Assembly (NCBI RefSeq): GCF_002113885.1 | Contig: NW_018405987.1 | Coordinates: 126,756-190,755 of the forward strand | Source of the DNA: Mizuhopecten yessoensis | Lineage: Eukaryota | Direction: 5' to 3' | DNA length: 64,000 bases | Shown: positions 1-12,650 of the stretch, piece after piece | Position numbering within the stretch: position 1 is the stretch's first letter | Layout of the letters: each line of letters starts with the position of its first letter | Position numbers and translations under genes: made by a program | The notes under the pieces: model-generated | What the model was told of the DNA's origin: nothing | Database searches by the model: none | The model's input: the letters and a program-made list of their open reading frames with translations, nothing else

Positions 1-358
1 TTATATATAACTTTAGATAAATGTAACGATATGTATACTATATATATATAGCTAGTAATTATATATATATATAATACTTTTATATATAACTTTTGATAAA
101 TGTAACGATATGTATATATATATATAATACTTTTATATATAACTTTAGATAAATGTAACGATCTGTATATATATAATACAATTATATATAACTTTAGATA
201 AATGTAACGATAGGTATAATTATATATAACTTTAGATAAATGTAACGATATGTATATATATATGATACTATTACATATATCTTTAGATAAATGTAACGAT
301 ATGTATATATATATAATACTATTATATATGACTTTAGATAAATGTAACGGTACATGTA
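1..358. repeat. AT-rich minisatellite, variable ~50-60 bp unit, truncated by the window edge
   Basis: The core TATATAACTTTAGATAAATGTAACGATATGTATATA recurs about 7 times with variable (TA)n spacers. Confidence 0.9.
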
Positions 359-423
359 TGTTTGTGTTGACGTATTTTGGATGTACACATTTACACGTAA
401 TACATTTTTAAGACGCATATCAA

Positions 424-696
424 AATACAAGTTGAACAATATTCAAGTAGAACAATATTTAAATTCAAGAAGAACAGTAGTATGTAGAACAATATACAAG
501 TCGAACAATATACAAGCTGAACAATGTTCAAGCTGAACAATATACAAACTGAACAATATACAAGTTGAACAATATACAAGTCGAACAATATACAAGCTGA
601 ACAATATACAAGCTGAACAATATACAAACTGAACAATATACAAGCTGAACAATATACAAGCTGAACAATATACAAGTTGAACAATATACAAACTGA
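424..696. repeat. 16-bp minisatellite (GAACAATATACAAGCT)n
   Basis: About 15 tandem copies, degenerate at the left end; accounts for the repetitive ORFs at 391-720 and 443-691. Confidence 0.92.
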
Positions 697-1162
697 AGGA
701 GGATTTATACTTTGTACCAAAATCAGAGGATAAATTCTATAACTGAATCAAAATGATTCCCGAGGAAAACCGTTCCATGACATATTTATAAGTCTGCTGG
801 AAAACTCCAAAATACTTTGATTGACGGGTGATAAATTATTGGTTATAAATTAATTCATACCTGACACGGGCTTAAAACTGACCTGTATATCTTAGTTCTT
901 CTTCCTCTTAACCCGGAATAAAAGTTAACGTGAAACTGTCCAGACTACTTTTGTTAATCATTGAAAAAATAATCCACTTTTATTAAGCCTCAACGAAAGT
1001 GTGCTTTCTTTGCTTTGAAGCTATTTTTGGACGTTTATCTAATTTTGTAAATATATCTGTAACTTAAACGTACCGGGTTACACGCTTTTTTGAACATGAT
1101 CAGCTTCCAAACTGTTATTTTGCAGTTGTATAGAAATCGAAGACGTCATTTTCAGTCATCTT

Positions 1163-1850
1163 GNGAGATGTGGTGTTCATGGCGAGATGTGGTGTTCACG
1201 GTGAGATGTGGTGTTCACGGTGAGATGTGGTGTTCATGGCGAGATGTGGTGTTCACGGTGAGATGTGGTGCTCATAGCGAGACGTGGTGTTCACGGTGAG
1301 ATGTGGTGTTCACGGTGAAATGTGGTGTTCATGGCGAGACGTGGTGTTCACGGTAAGATGTGGTGTTCATGGCGAGATGTGGTATTCACGGTGAGATGTG
1401 GTGTTCACTGCGAGATGTGGTGTTCACGGTGAGATGTGGCGTTCACGGCGAGATGTGGTGTTCACGGTGAGATGTGGTGTTCATGGCGAGCTGTGGTGTT
1501 CATGGCGAGATGTGGTGTTCACGGTGAGATGTGGTGTTCATGGCGAGATGTGGTGTTCTGTGGTGTTCACAGTGCTTTCTGTTAGAAATGATGTACACAA
1601 TGAAAAGAGGTGGGGACAAGTTCAGCGGTGAAATACATGGAGAGAAATCATGAACATGACCGAATTGTGTACACGGCGAAAAGTGATCTGCCCGGCGAGA
1701 TTAAGTGGTGTACATGGCGAGCTTGAGTTGTGTACACGGCGGGAAGCTATGCACGTGGCGAGATTAAGTGGTGTACACGCCGAGATTAAGTGGTGTACTC
1801 GGCGAAAAGTGGTGCGCGCGGCGTGTCAGTGTACACGTTGAGATGTTGTG
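1163..1850. repeat. 19-bp minisatellite (GAGATGTGGTGTTCACGGT / GAGATGTGGTGTTCATGGC)n with a degenerate tail
   Basis: About 21 well-conserved copies at 1163-1570; related, diverged units (GGCGAGATTAAGTGGTGTACAC) continue to about 1850. Confidence 0.92.
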
Positions 1851-2613
1851 TGTCGTGTCGCTATCTAAATGACACATTGACACATGTACTATAACAAACC
1901 TTTTATTATTTTTACATAATTTAATAGAGTATGTTTAATTGTAAATAAATGTCGATACCTCGAGGTTCTGGAATTAAAAGTATTGCACATAAAACTTCGA
2001 ACTGAGAATATGACAATTGACCAGACTATAGATTGAAATATAAACATGAATATCCGATACTACAAAACAATCTTCATTAAAGTTGCTGGTGATTGTTATT
2101 TCTATTTTATGGAAATACTTTGCTATATAATTGCTATTTAAGTTTTGTCAGGTTGGCGCATCTATTTTCATATTCTTACAGAATGAAGTCGTTTTAAAAG
2201 TTCCAGTTTCTCTGATATTAGATACATTATCTATATCCATATATCTGACGGCTGTTGAGATAAGTATAAAGCTTCAGCTGTCAGTCTGAGATTTATTGCT
2301 ACATCCTGACCGACATCGTACCACTTTTAGGAGTGCATGTTGGGTTTTCCGGGGCCGGCAGAATTCGCGCGCTTGCCGCCCAGCATTCGAACAAATACAG
2401 ACAAACGACTTCCTGTCCGGAGTCAGCGTCCGTGTAGCCTATTAAATGTCACTCCGGATACAGTCGCTTAAACTAGCTGATGTATGCAACTTTTTAAACA
2501 ATTCATGTTTTATTTTTTAACAAATTACACGAAGGCTATGTCGCCTTGCTTCCTTCCGCATAAAGGAGTGGGATTGGCCCTATCAGTTTTTACTGAAGTC
2601 CTTTTGGACTGAC

Positions 2614-2656
2614 ATGTATCCTGTAAGATCGCAACCTGGAACTTTGGAGCTAAAGT
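2614..2656 (+). other. Candidate upstream exon end (ATG to splice donor) of the ATF3-like transcription unit
   Basis: TATAAA at 2265 and a CpG-rich stretch at 2340-2460 precede it. ATG at 2614 reads MYPVRSQPGTLELK up to a consensus donor GTAAGT at 2657 (phase 1). No transcript evidence. Confidence 0.3.
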
Positions 2657-2700
2657 GTAAGTACTTGTAGTTCATTGTCAAGCTATTTTCCTATAATGTT

Positions 2701-2732
<32 letters not shown>

Positions 2733-5700
2733 ACATAGTACGGTAGATCAGAGGTCGATATAATTAACAAACATCGCAACTCTACACGGTAATATTAAAA
2801 GGTTGATATTAAGACAATGACCACGGCCACACGTTTTGAAAATTTTAAAATCTCAGTTGAGGTCCGTATTTAGTACAGTATATATGACATGTGTGATTGT
2901 GGTTAGACCAAACACTTTTAAAACGGTTTTATTTACGACTTTCAGTGTCGACCTCACATCATTGTTTACATTTATGGAAGACCAAAATGTGTTCAGTTAT
3001 ATTTTATTAGTACCGCTTTTATTTTAAATCCATTATTTTTCTAAATGGAATATGGTTTGCTACTAACACATGCATTTAAGTCAGGTTCTCTGATCTCCAA
3101 GTTTGATAACGAAAAAACCCTCATAAATTTTACAGATATTTAATTAAAATTCGGAAATTACCCTGAATTAGTAATTAGCTTATACACGTGAAATATGCCT
3201 TATTTTCCTACCAAATGCTTCATTGTACAAATTCTGTTGAAAATGAATTTGTATTTTATCATACATATTAATCATCGACGATTATGGGCATAATTTCTGT
3301 GTATATATTTTTTTAATCAAGACAAAATCCTGTTATCGAAATTGAGCAAAGTAACATGTAAGCACAGTATATGTATACATGTGTTTTCTACTTTAAATAC
3401 TTAACATTTTAACGCTATTTATTGTTGATGTTTACTGTATCGTGTACGTGTAAACAGAGACGTTTATAACCACGGATATATCTATATATAGATAATAAAC
3501 ACTGTCTTCTTTTATAGAGAATACGGTCGTTAGTACAATGAAGAAAATATAACCACATACAAATAAAGATTATTTATCAAGAATATATTAATATAATACT
3601 TAAATGAGATCAGTAAGTTATTTTATATAATTAAAATAATATATAAACAAACAAATGAGCTGGTATCTTTAAATTGTTAATAAATAAATATGAACTGTAT
3701 CATTAATTTGGCGTTCGAGACTTATTCGAAAGTTTGAAAATGATGGTTTAAATATGAGTACAATTAAATATCTCTCCCTCTATCCTTTAATTAATTCTAT
3801 CAATGTATGATCAACTGAAATTTCACGGATCTTGTGCACAAAAGACATTTTCTTTCTGACGTTATTTTAATTATGGCTAGGAAAGTTCCCGATAGCATTT
3901 AATTTAACAAAATATTAATGTATAACTAAATTGAATTGGTGATTAGACATGTATAGATGGCAATGGTTTAAAGTCTATGCAAACATAAAGGAACGGTGAC
4001 TGGAATATATGAAAGAATATTGTTCCATAATAATTTGTGACTAATTAAGTCCAATGCAAAGTATCTACATTAATAATGAACTTAATTACAGTAAATTGAT
4101 ACAAAATATAGATAATAATCATATCATTGTTCAGATTAGAATATATAATAAATTACTTACAAAGCTTAGAGTACGTGGAGGACTAAAAATCCCCGGGTGC
4201 CACTGTATTTGTAAAGTATGCAACGTCTGGGAGGTTGAAATTCATTTTATGTTAAATTATATATTTAAATCTAATGTAAACAACGATCTATTAAGCAAAC
4301 CATTTATTATTTAACATACAAGAAAGATACATGTAATTATCTAATCATCATTTAATTGTCTAACATGTGTGAAATAGGTTTCTTCATAAAACAAAATACA
4401 AAAAATAAATCATTTGAAGTTAGGTACCCAGACCTGCTGTATGCTTCAGTAAATTTTAAGTTTATCTCTGGATTTGGATCTGTAATGATCCTCTGGAATA
4501 GATTCTAAATAAAAAATAAAATTCGTAATACAATTACAGTGTATATAGATGTTTATGTTATATAAGATACAAGCATTTTTATTTAGAGTCGTGTTTGTAA
4601 CAATGCAACTTTAGCTCAGAAGAGCTATTCTTACGACTAAAATGTACTAAAAGTTACCACATCTTTATTCTCATATTAAATGTCGTTTGTTTTATTTTTC
4701 ACATCGGTCCAAATGTTTGGACGAGAAAATATTACAAAGCTGATGTAAGGGCATTGTAGGTATCACAATACCCCATTACCACCACCACCAAAGGGAATGG
4801 ACATATAGTACAAACGAAATGAACATGATATTAAATCGATTGTCAGGTGTAAATACATAAATATATAATTTGATATCAATATAGAAACCTGTTTATTAGT
4901 AAACATTTGACTTTTGTACTTGATAACCCCGTAACATATGTTGTTCAGTGTAATTATAACGTATTTATATGACTACTGTTAGTGATTAGGTATGGTATAC
5001 AGTAACATTATTTCATGATATAAATACTGAATACAAAGCCCACGTTTTCTTTTTCGTCATTATAAACAATGGATCAATCAGTTCGTAAAATTTATTGCAT
5101 TTTCTCCTCCAAACATTTGCCAAATAAACAGAATGCACCAATAAATAATATAGCTTTATTACAATAAGCAGGTACATTAATTACAGTTCTTTATGTGTTC
5201 AAGCATTAAGAAAGCCCTCTCCGTTCAAATGAGTTCTATTTCATTCATGTGACATTATTTCACATTTAAATACAGAATATATAATTTTTGTATTATCTGT
5301 ATTTTAATGTGAAATAGTGTCTCATAGGTCAATCTGGCCGGATTTTAATTCTGTCAATTATTTTTATTAACATGGAAACCTTATTTGTGAATTTAAATAT
5401 TACACTTAGATAAAAATAATAAGTATTATTATTTAATTGATGAAGAGGCTCATTTGAGGAAGAAGCTGTAGATCATCAGATGCTGCTAGTACTTCTGTAA
5501 GTCAACAGAAGGAACTTAATTTCAATTTCCCAGACATATATACAAATGCTATATAAATCAGAGGAGATTGGGAATGCGTTAATAGTCCTATACAGTTTAC
5601 GCCTAAATAGTTAAAAATGGCTGAGGGGACTTGGACGGAATTTGTCCCCTCAGTAATTATTTTTTAATTTCACGTGCAGACACATGATGAATTAACAAAA

Positions 5701-6174
5701 TGTTCACATGGAGCGAAATTGGCAATATCTTTTAAATTTCGAAAACGTTCTGAAATATATGTTTTAGAAATACAGTAATGAAGGTGACCCACGTTATTGC
5801 CAGACAACTACATTGTATGTACATGTTTGATATGGTGACTGTTGTGATATCTAATAATTTTGTAAATACAAGTACATGTAATATCTTTGTGGTGTCATTT
5901 TTTCGGTCACATACAAGTATCTAGTGGTGCCATCTTACAGCCATTTACTACGGTGATCAAAGTACATGCATGAAAGAATTTGTTATAAAGTGGCGTGCGA
6001 AATTTAAGTTGATGTCATATTTCAGGAATTTGTGTTAAAATTATATATTAAGGTTAAAGTTGAAAACTGAATTTCATCTATTTTCTCTGAGGAAGTGCAT
6101 TGAATTTACAAACTGATAAATTTGATTTGAGCAGTTTTCTCGATTAAACTCTGCATGCAGGCCCGTCATATTCA

Positions 6175-6335
6175 AACTGTCCCTCCTCTAAGACTCGAAC
6201 ACACGACTAGCAACTCTAGAGCTTTTGCGCTGTAGCGGAATACAACATGTAAAACGTTTATTACTGAGTCGACATAGGAGCAAGAATGCCCAGAAATTAT
6301 TGGTTTAGGTCTACCACGTGATGATCCTCTACATT
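6175..6335 (-). mobile_element. Degenerate tRNA-related SINE-like fragment
   Basis: The minus strand has an A-box-like TCGACTCAGTAATAA followed by a B-box-like GTGTTCGAGTC. No intact cloverleaf. Confidence 0.4.
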
Positions 6336-8046
6336 TCTATATAGGGTCATATAGAGGGTAATATATATATTGGCGCTCGTAGCCAGTCCTCTGCTTTAAA
6401 CAAGGAAAAAACGACTTTTTTCAATTTCATTCTGATATAAACATTTAATATCGTTCAATCCTTACATTTGCATTGTAAATAATAAGTTATTGTTGACCTT
6501 AATACAGATATTCCCTTATGTTTTCGATATTGAAGTATCTGTGTCGTCAGTGCAACCAAGATTCCTGGAACAGCCTAACGTCACTAAAAAGTTTGCTTCT
6601 AACAGCGGCTCATGCTATTTGAGGCAAGAGGAAATAGCGTTTATAGCTCTATAAACACAATTTCTTCTAGAAATGTTTATAGAGGCAATGTATATATAAC
6701 TAAAACAACAGGTATTTTTTTTTACATACGATCATTTCAAAATCCGAATTGGACAATTCACACCTTATCATTTGTAATATAATATTTCGATATCGTAAGG
6801 AAATGAGATTTCCCCCGGTTGTGAAAAGTGTTTAAGCTCACCACAAACGTGTCATGGATACCTGTAGTTGATCAAAGTCTATAAAGATGAGGTCTCGGGA
6901 ATAAATGATGGAACAGATTTTTCAAAAGATTCCTTTGGTAAAACATAGAGTGGAATTAGTTGTGGACCGAGACCTTCAGCGGAGATTTGTAGTCAGTTAC
7001 TGATTAAACTTCTATAGGAGTCTAGAGGTTAGTAAGATGTAAGACCCGGTCTAACACTAACTCAACGTCCACATCCCAACACCCAAAAATACCAGAAACT
7101 GACATATTTCTGGTCAAAACAAAATGGAACACCGAGTCGGATTTCCAATAGAACCTGTTTAGTTCCTGACTCAAATCTCCAAATTACGGCCTACTTTTCT
7201 GGTAAAGGTTTGCTGGTGTTTTCTTTTATTGATGTGTAAATAGCGTGATACAGATATAAAGGACGGCTAGGTGTTAGTGTAACGGAACATTCCACACTCT
7301 ATCCGTCACCGAACGGTCAGTAATCCCCTATTATCACTGATCACCTTTCATTTTCCGCATCTGGATACACGAAATGCGATTGATCTTATAAAACTTCCTA
7401 GTCCAATATTGCAGGGCCAGTTGTTATGGTTATAATGGACTGAAAATACGACTCGTGACACTTAAGTGGGAAAACAACCCTCGTCATTCTGATCAACATA
7501 ATTTATTGCAATCATACTTTATTTATCTCGATGACTGTCGAGTTGCTAGCCTAAAACGTTGAAGGTTGAAATCATGGCGGACACTTATCTGATTCTAACT
7601 TATCATGTTACGTCAGAATTAGATTACAACAGATAGTACAACTATCAGCGTCACGCATAGCGAACTATATCATAAAATTCTGAAAAAAATATAATAGAAC
7701 GATTAAAATCTATAAAAAGGTAACGTAAGGTCATTTTTTTTTATATATATTTGATGAATACAGAGTTGCTTTTTTATGTAAATAATCTAAAAATAAATGA
7801 AAGACATACTTGTTTCCTGTATATCAAAAGTGACACACCCCTCTTAAACGTATACGTAGCTTTAGACGTGAAATAAAGCACATTAATAGATAAAAATATA
7901 TCTATATACACTCGTCTGTCACTAACTCGGTTAAGAACTTCAGAGATAAGCATTATGTGCCAAACTTGTTCAATATCAAACATGCTGTATTATAAAATTA
8001 GATCAATGCATATTTCTAAACAAATTAATCTACTTTGATGTTTCAG

Positions 8047-8190
8047 TTGTGATAGATGGATTGACTTGTGATATCTATCGGACGGACTTGCCGCGTCTAC
8101 ACGCCGACCTCGTGAGGGACTTTGATCGCGTAGACTACAGTATGAATCATCTGAGAGCGCGCCCTATACCATACAGCTGGCCATTTCTCA
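8047..8190 (+). other. Candidate internal exon (144 bp, phase 1/1) upstream of the ATF3-like CDS
   Basis: CpG-rich island in AT-rich DNA, bounded by TTTCAG (8041-8046) and GTATGT (8191). Open in one frame: VIDGLTCDIYRTDLPRLHADLVRDFDRVDYSMNHLRARPIPYSWPFL. Confidence 0.35.
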
Positions 8191-8394
8191 GTATGTACTC
8201 GGGAGAATGCTCCAATATTAATTTAGACTCGAAAGTATTTTTCATTCATTTATTTATGTAAACAGCAGTGAATCATTCATACAACACCTACTTGCAACCA
8301 TAAATTTTCGCTTACGAATTCTTCAAGTATGCAAATCGATTGATTTGTGAAATGAGCATATCGCTGAAACAGACAACGCCCTTAAAGAGCGAGT

Positions 8395-8700
8395 TCTGAT
8401 TGGTTCATTTCTTGTCACGTGCGTGGGATTCAGGTGCTGTACTAATTACAACACTGTCTCGCGAGTACCTATTGTCATCAGAGAGGAATGTCAAATATTC
8501 CTGGAATTTACACATCTGAAGAATTTCAATCGTTCGCACCTAATACAGTCACAAATAAATATTACCAACACATACTACCAGTCATCACTACTGTATTTTT
8601 TATAGGATTATCGATCAGGGTGACATAGTTACTATAAAGCTGGCACGCGCCAGTCGCACATGTGTATCAGGGTCGCTGTGATCGCTCAGTGCAGCCGCCA
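8395..8700 (+). promoter_or_regulatory. Candidate promoter for the ATF3-like gene
   Basis: Reverse CCAAT (GATTGG, about 8398), GTCACGTG E-box (8414-8421), TATAAA (8633-8638), then a GC-rich segment with TCAGT. A possible donor CAG|GTTTGT lies at 9053. Confidence 0.3.
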
Positions 8701-9597
8701 ATGTTTATGTTCCGTTGGACACACATACATGTACACACAAGTATACGTGGTGGTCGAGATTTGACTTAGAGAAGACAAGTGTTCCTGTATTTAAGCCGAT
8801 CTGAAAGATAACTACCATGTTCATCGCAAGGGGGAAAGAGGCGTCACAAAACATTTGTTTTTCGTGAATGCAGTCCGAGATGAATTCCCAGACGTTAGAC
8901 GGAGTTACGTCCCTTTAACTGTATGCAGTAAGATCCCAAAATAGAACTGTACACAAACACAGGTTCGAGCATGACCACTGGTTAATATTTAAAGTGCAGA
9001 CTTCTGTGTTTACAAACATATAGCAGGCAACGTGTGCTGGTGGAATTGACAGGTTTGTTTTTGAAATATATCATTTAAAAGGATGTAAAACATTGCATTG
9101 GATACGGGTGATATTGATGATAAAAAGTGCGAAAATCTTGAATTTAATGCGAATTTTTTTTATTTTGACACTTGATTTAGATATTTTTGAAAAAAGGTGA
9201 AAACCCAGGTTGTTTTAGCTGGCCATTCGGTGGGATTTCTGGCGGGAGCGAATGACGTTTCAACGTTGCATGACACACTGTATTATTTTTAGATGCTCCC
9301 GCGAGTGTATCTGCCTTAGGAAGGGGCAGCGCGGGAAGATGCCTACTGTATGATCCGATTGCAGACGAGTATCTGTGTGCCTTAGTTATAGTATTTTTTT
9401 ATCCAGCTACGTCACTTTGAAACGAGATTTCACGTGAGCTGGGAGACTACACATATTTTGATCAGCTGTGAAGTGTAAACAGACAGACGGTCCAATGGAG
9501 GTGGACAAGACCATGTAAATGTGCTGCAGACCTTACGTGGGTCACAATGCTCTAGTAATTTCACAGACATTTCTTTTTGTTTAACCAAATCCATCCA

Positions 9598-9849
9598 ATG
9601 TTTTTGGACAGCATGGATCTGCTGGATTCTTGCAATGATTTTCTGGATCCATGCGATTTGGAGGTAATCAATGTCAACTCGATCACGGACGAGAAGTTGC
9701 GATCAGCCACCCTCGAATCCCTTGAGACGGGCAAGATCACACCCCTCCTCAAGGAGGAGCTCAAATGTAGGATCCTCACGCGCTGCTTGGAGGAGGGCAA
9801 GGAGCTGTCCCCGGAAAGGGCCATCAAAATACAACCCCGAAAGGACAAG
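9598..9849 (+). CDS. ATF3: ATF3-like bZIP transcription factor, coding exon 1 (84 codons)
   Basis: ATG at 9598 follows in-frame stops at 9553-9558 (alternative ATG at 9613). ITPLLKEELKCRI resembles the ATF3 N-terminal motif LTPFVKEELRFAI. Third positions are GC-rich. Ends AAG|GTCGGT, phase 0. Confidence 0.9.
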
Positions 9850-10534
9850 GTCGGTGACAATGTTTTGTTTATATTATATTGGTCCATATTTTTCTTTCTA
9901 CAATACCTTAAGTATTATTATAATTATTATAAATATTTCCTTATCTTTTCATATAATTAATATTTTGATAATTCAACAATTAACAGTAATACCACTTATA
10001 CAAAAATGACGATGATAGCATCGTGGCATTTAACAGCAATGATTGTCCACATCTTGTATTGATGTTTTTGACCCTTATACACATGCGGCATGAGTGAAAA
10101 TTACAAAAAAATAGTTTTAAATCTTGAAGACGATTGGAATGTCTTTGCGTATTTGTCGTGCATAGCTTACAAATTGTAAATACGTTTTGAATGTTCGGAA
10201 TGTTTAATTCACCATAGATACCTGGATATTTTAGTGTGCTTTGGAGTAACAGCTGTTGAAGGTTACATAGTGTTGATACAATAAATATTGTGTAAACATA
10301 TGTTTAGGGACATCAGCAACATGTATCTGGAGAATTGTCGTGTTAGGTTAAACTCCTTATTGTACTGTTTTATAAAAAGTTTGACATAAAATATTTTAAA
10401 TAAACAAACACAACTCATTTTTAAAAACACCATTTTTGATTTATAATAAACATACTGTACATGCCGATATTACACGACGTTTATATAGGTTTTAATTTAC
10501 TAAATTTACACAAGATAAAGACGGTTGTTTTATT

Positions 10535-10825
10535 GCTAAACTAACACGAACTGAGGTTGCTAACATTTGTTGCACTTTTTATATTTACACGATATTTAGA
10601 CATTTGAGGTAACGGTTGTATTTACACGGTATTTACACGATATTTAGACATTTGTGGTAACGGTTGTATTTACACGGTATTTAGACATTTGTGGTTCCTG
10701 CTAAATGTACACTATATTTAGACATTTGTTGCTGTTACTTAATTTACACGATATTTAGACATTTGTGGCTGTGACTTAATTTACACGATGTTTAGACATT
10801 TGTTGCTGTTATTAAATTTACACGA
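10535..10825. repeat. ~37-bp intronic minisatellite
   Basis: ATTTACACGATATTTAGACATTTGT(G/T)G recurs about 7 times. Confidence 0.85.
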
Positions 10826-11479
10826 GAATGACCCGTTTGAAGTATTTTGACTTTGTTTCTATTTCTAAATTTAAAAATTCAAAAACGCGCTTTACTTCAG
10901 TGGAATTCCACACATCCTTGGCTACTCTAGCTCCTTTTGTACCTGGAATCACAGTCGTATTATTTATTTCCAAAATAAAAATTAAGCGTGTTTAAAGGTG
11001 TTTTTTCGAAATGTATTCAAAAAGCGGATTACTTTTATCTCGTGTGTGTTTTTGTAACCTGAAGTTTCTCTTACATGTATTTGCTTGACAATGACTCGTT
11101 CGTATTGTATTACTGGACATGTGTATGTGCTATTAAATGGTTAGCGTTTTATTTTGTTTCACGGCTGTTGTTTGCTTAGATTCAGACGAGAATGATCACA
11201 CTTCGTTAACATGTCAGAAGGAATTACATGTCTTTTTGTGGTGATATTTAACAATTGAAGTTGTGAGTCATTTGTTACGTTAATTAGTGATAATCAACAA
11301 CTGGTGATGATGACGATGGTGATGATGATAAACAATTCATCGTGGAGTACAATGTAGTCTAATAGCACTGTCTACATGTTTTGCATCATAAATTCTCTCG
11401 CTTTAAAGTGATTGTATTAAGTTGCATTAAAACAAAGACGCGAACATTTAGCCTGTTGTCAGAACAACACAATCAACTA

Positions 11480-12650
11480 CAGATAGAATCGGACGGGGAC
11501 CTGCGACACAATTCCAGAATACACCAATATCGGCACGCGCTACCCATCACGTGTTCACCGACCAGAACAATTCTCGTCTCGTTCTGAGCCCAAGGGGATA
11601 TGCATTTTAGGCTACCATATATTCCATAATATTAATTTAATTTGTGGGATAAAAACTCTGTATTACAGAGAGGGAGCGAGAGCTGATCGGGTTCTCTGTC
11701 GGGTTGTGCCGACTGGCGGTGCATTCTAATGGTGCCCGCGTCACAATCGATATTCTACTGATGAAGGCGATTATTGTTTCACTGGGGTTTCTTGTATTTT
11801 ATGCCCGTCTCTCGTTTTTTGATCTTAGACGTCTTTTACTTCCTTTGTCTGTTCTTCCGTCTGTCCCTTTGAAATATTTCCGTAACAATGTAAATTGTAT
11901 ATTAGTGTTGTTTTTTGTCTTCCGGTGCTAGCGTGGATTATGCGGTCGACTAATAAACACCCGTCTCGCTGATGTTTGGAGCGTGTAAATGATACGGATC
12001 GATGTGTCTGGCTCGCTGTTTTACGGTCTCCACATGGATTCGTGACTTTTCGGGCAGTAGTGCCTCTTTGTCTGTCCGGCTTGGCGTCTGTCTATTTACG
12101 TTCCGTCCGTTTGTCTGACCTTGACGGTCGACCGTTAGTTAAATTGGTAACCGCCTCGCGTGCGTGCTGGGAGTATTACCACCGCTAGTATTTTGAGTCA
12201 TCTTTCAAGGATTCGGCGTCAATGCGAAAAACGATACCGCGATCGTCTACTGACGGATTCCGTCTATCCGTGACCTAAGTGGCTAATTTCTTTCTTTATA
12301 TAATCTATTCTCTTTAAATATAAATAACAAGTTGGTTTTGTAGTATTTCAGTGTGTGCTTTTCGATGAGATTATTGGCGCTTGGCGTGTAAATTTGACTT
12401 GGCAGTGGGGCTGACCGTGCAGACTTGCCCCTTTGCCAGGTGAGACTGACATACGTGTTTATGATACTGTATCAGCTTACCTATGTAAAACAAAGAGATG
12501 GCAACACCCGATGTGTGTTCTATTCTCGGTAGCCGTACGTGTATTCCAAGCCTGCACGTGTCCGACACAGCCAGGCCTGTTTCCACGTGTTAACGATATC
12601 CACCAGTATTAGTCACCCTCCACCTTCACGCTCCCCAAATTTAACACGGT
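11480..12650. mobile_element. CpG-rich insertion in intron 1, probable non-coding remnant of a mobile element (class uncertain)
   Basis: Sharp rise in GC/CpG relative to the flanks, no credible ORF, and an imperfect inverted repeat at the left end (11500-11590 vs 11670-11740). Confidence 0.35.

Noticed and set aside
6175-6290. tRNA gene
   Set aside because: Only degenerate A/B boxes with long spacing and no cloverleaf; treated as SINE-like.
9561-10009. Overlapping ORFs 9561-9887 (-) and 9671-10009 (+)
   Set aside because: Shadow frames of the GC-rich ATF3-like exon that run on into AT-rich intron sequence.
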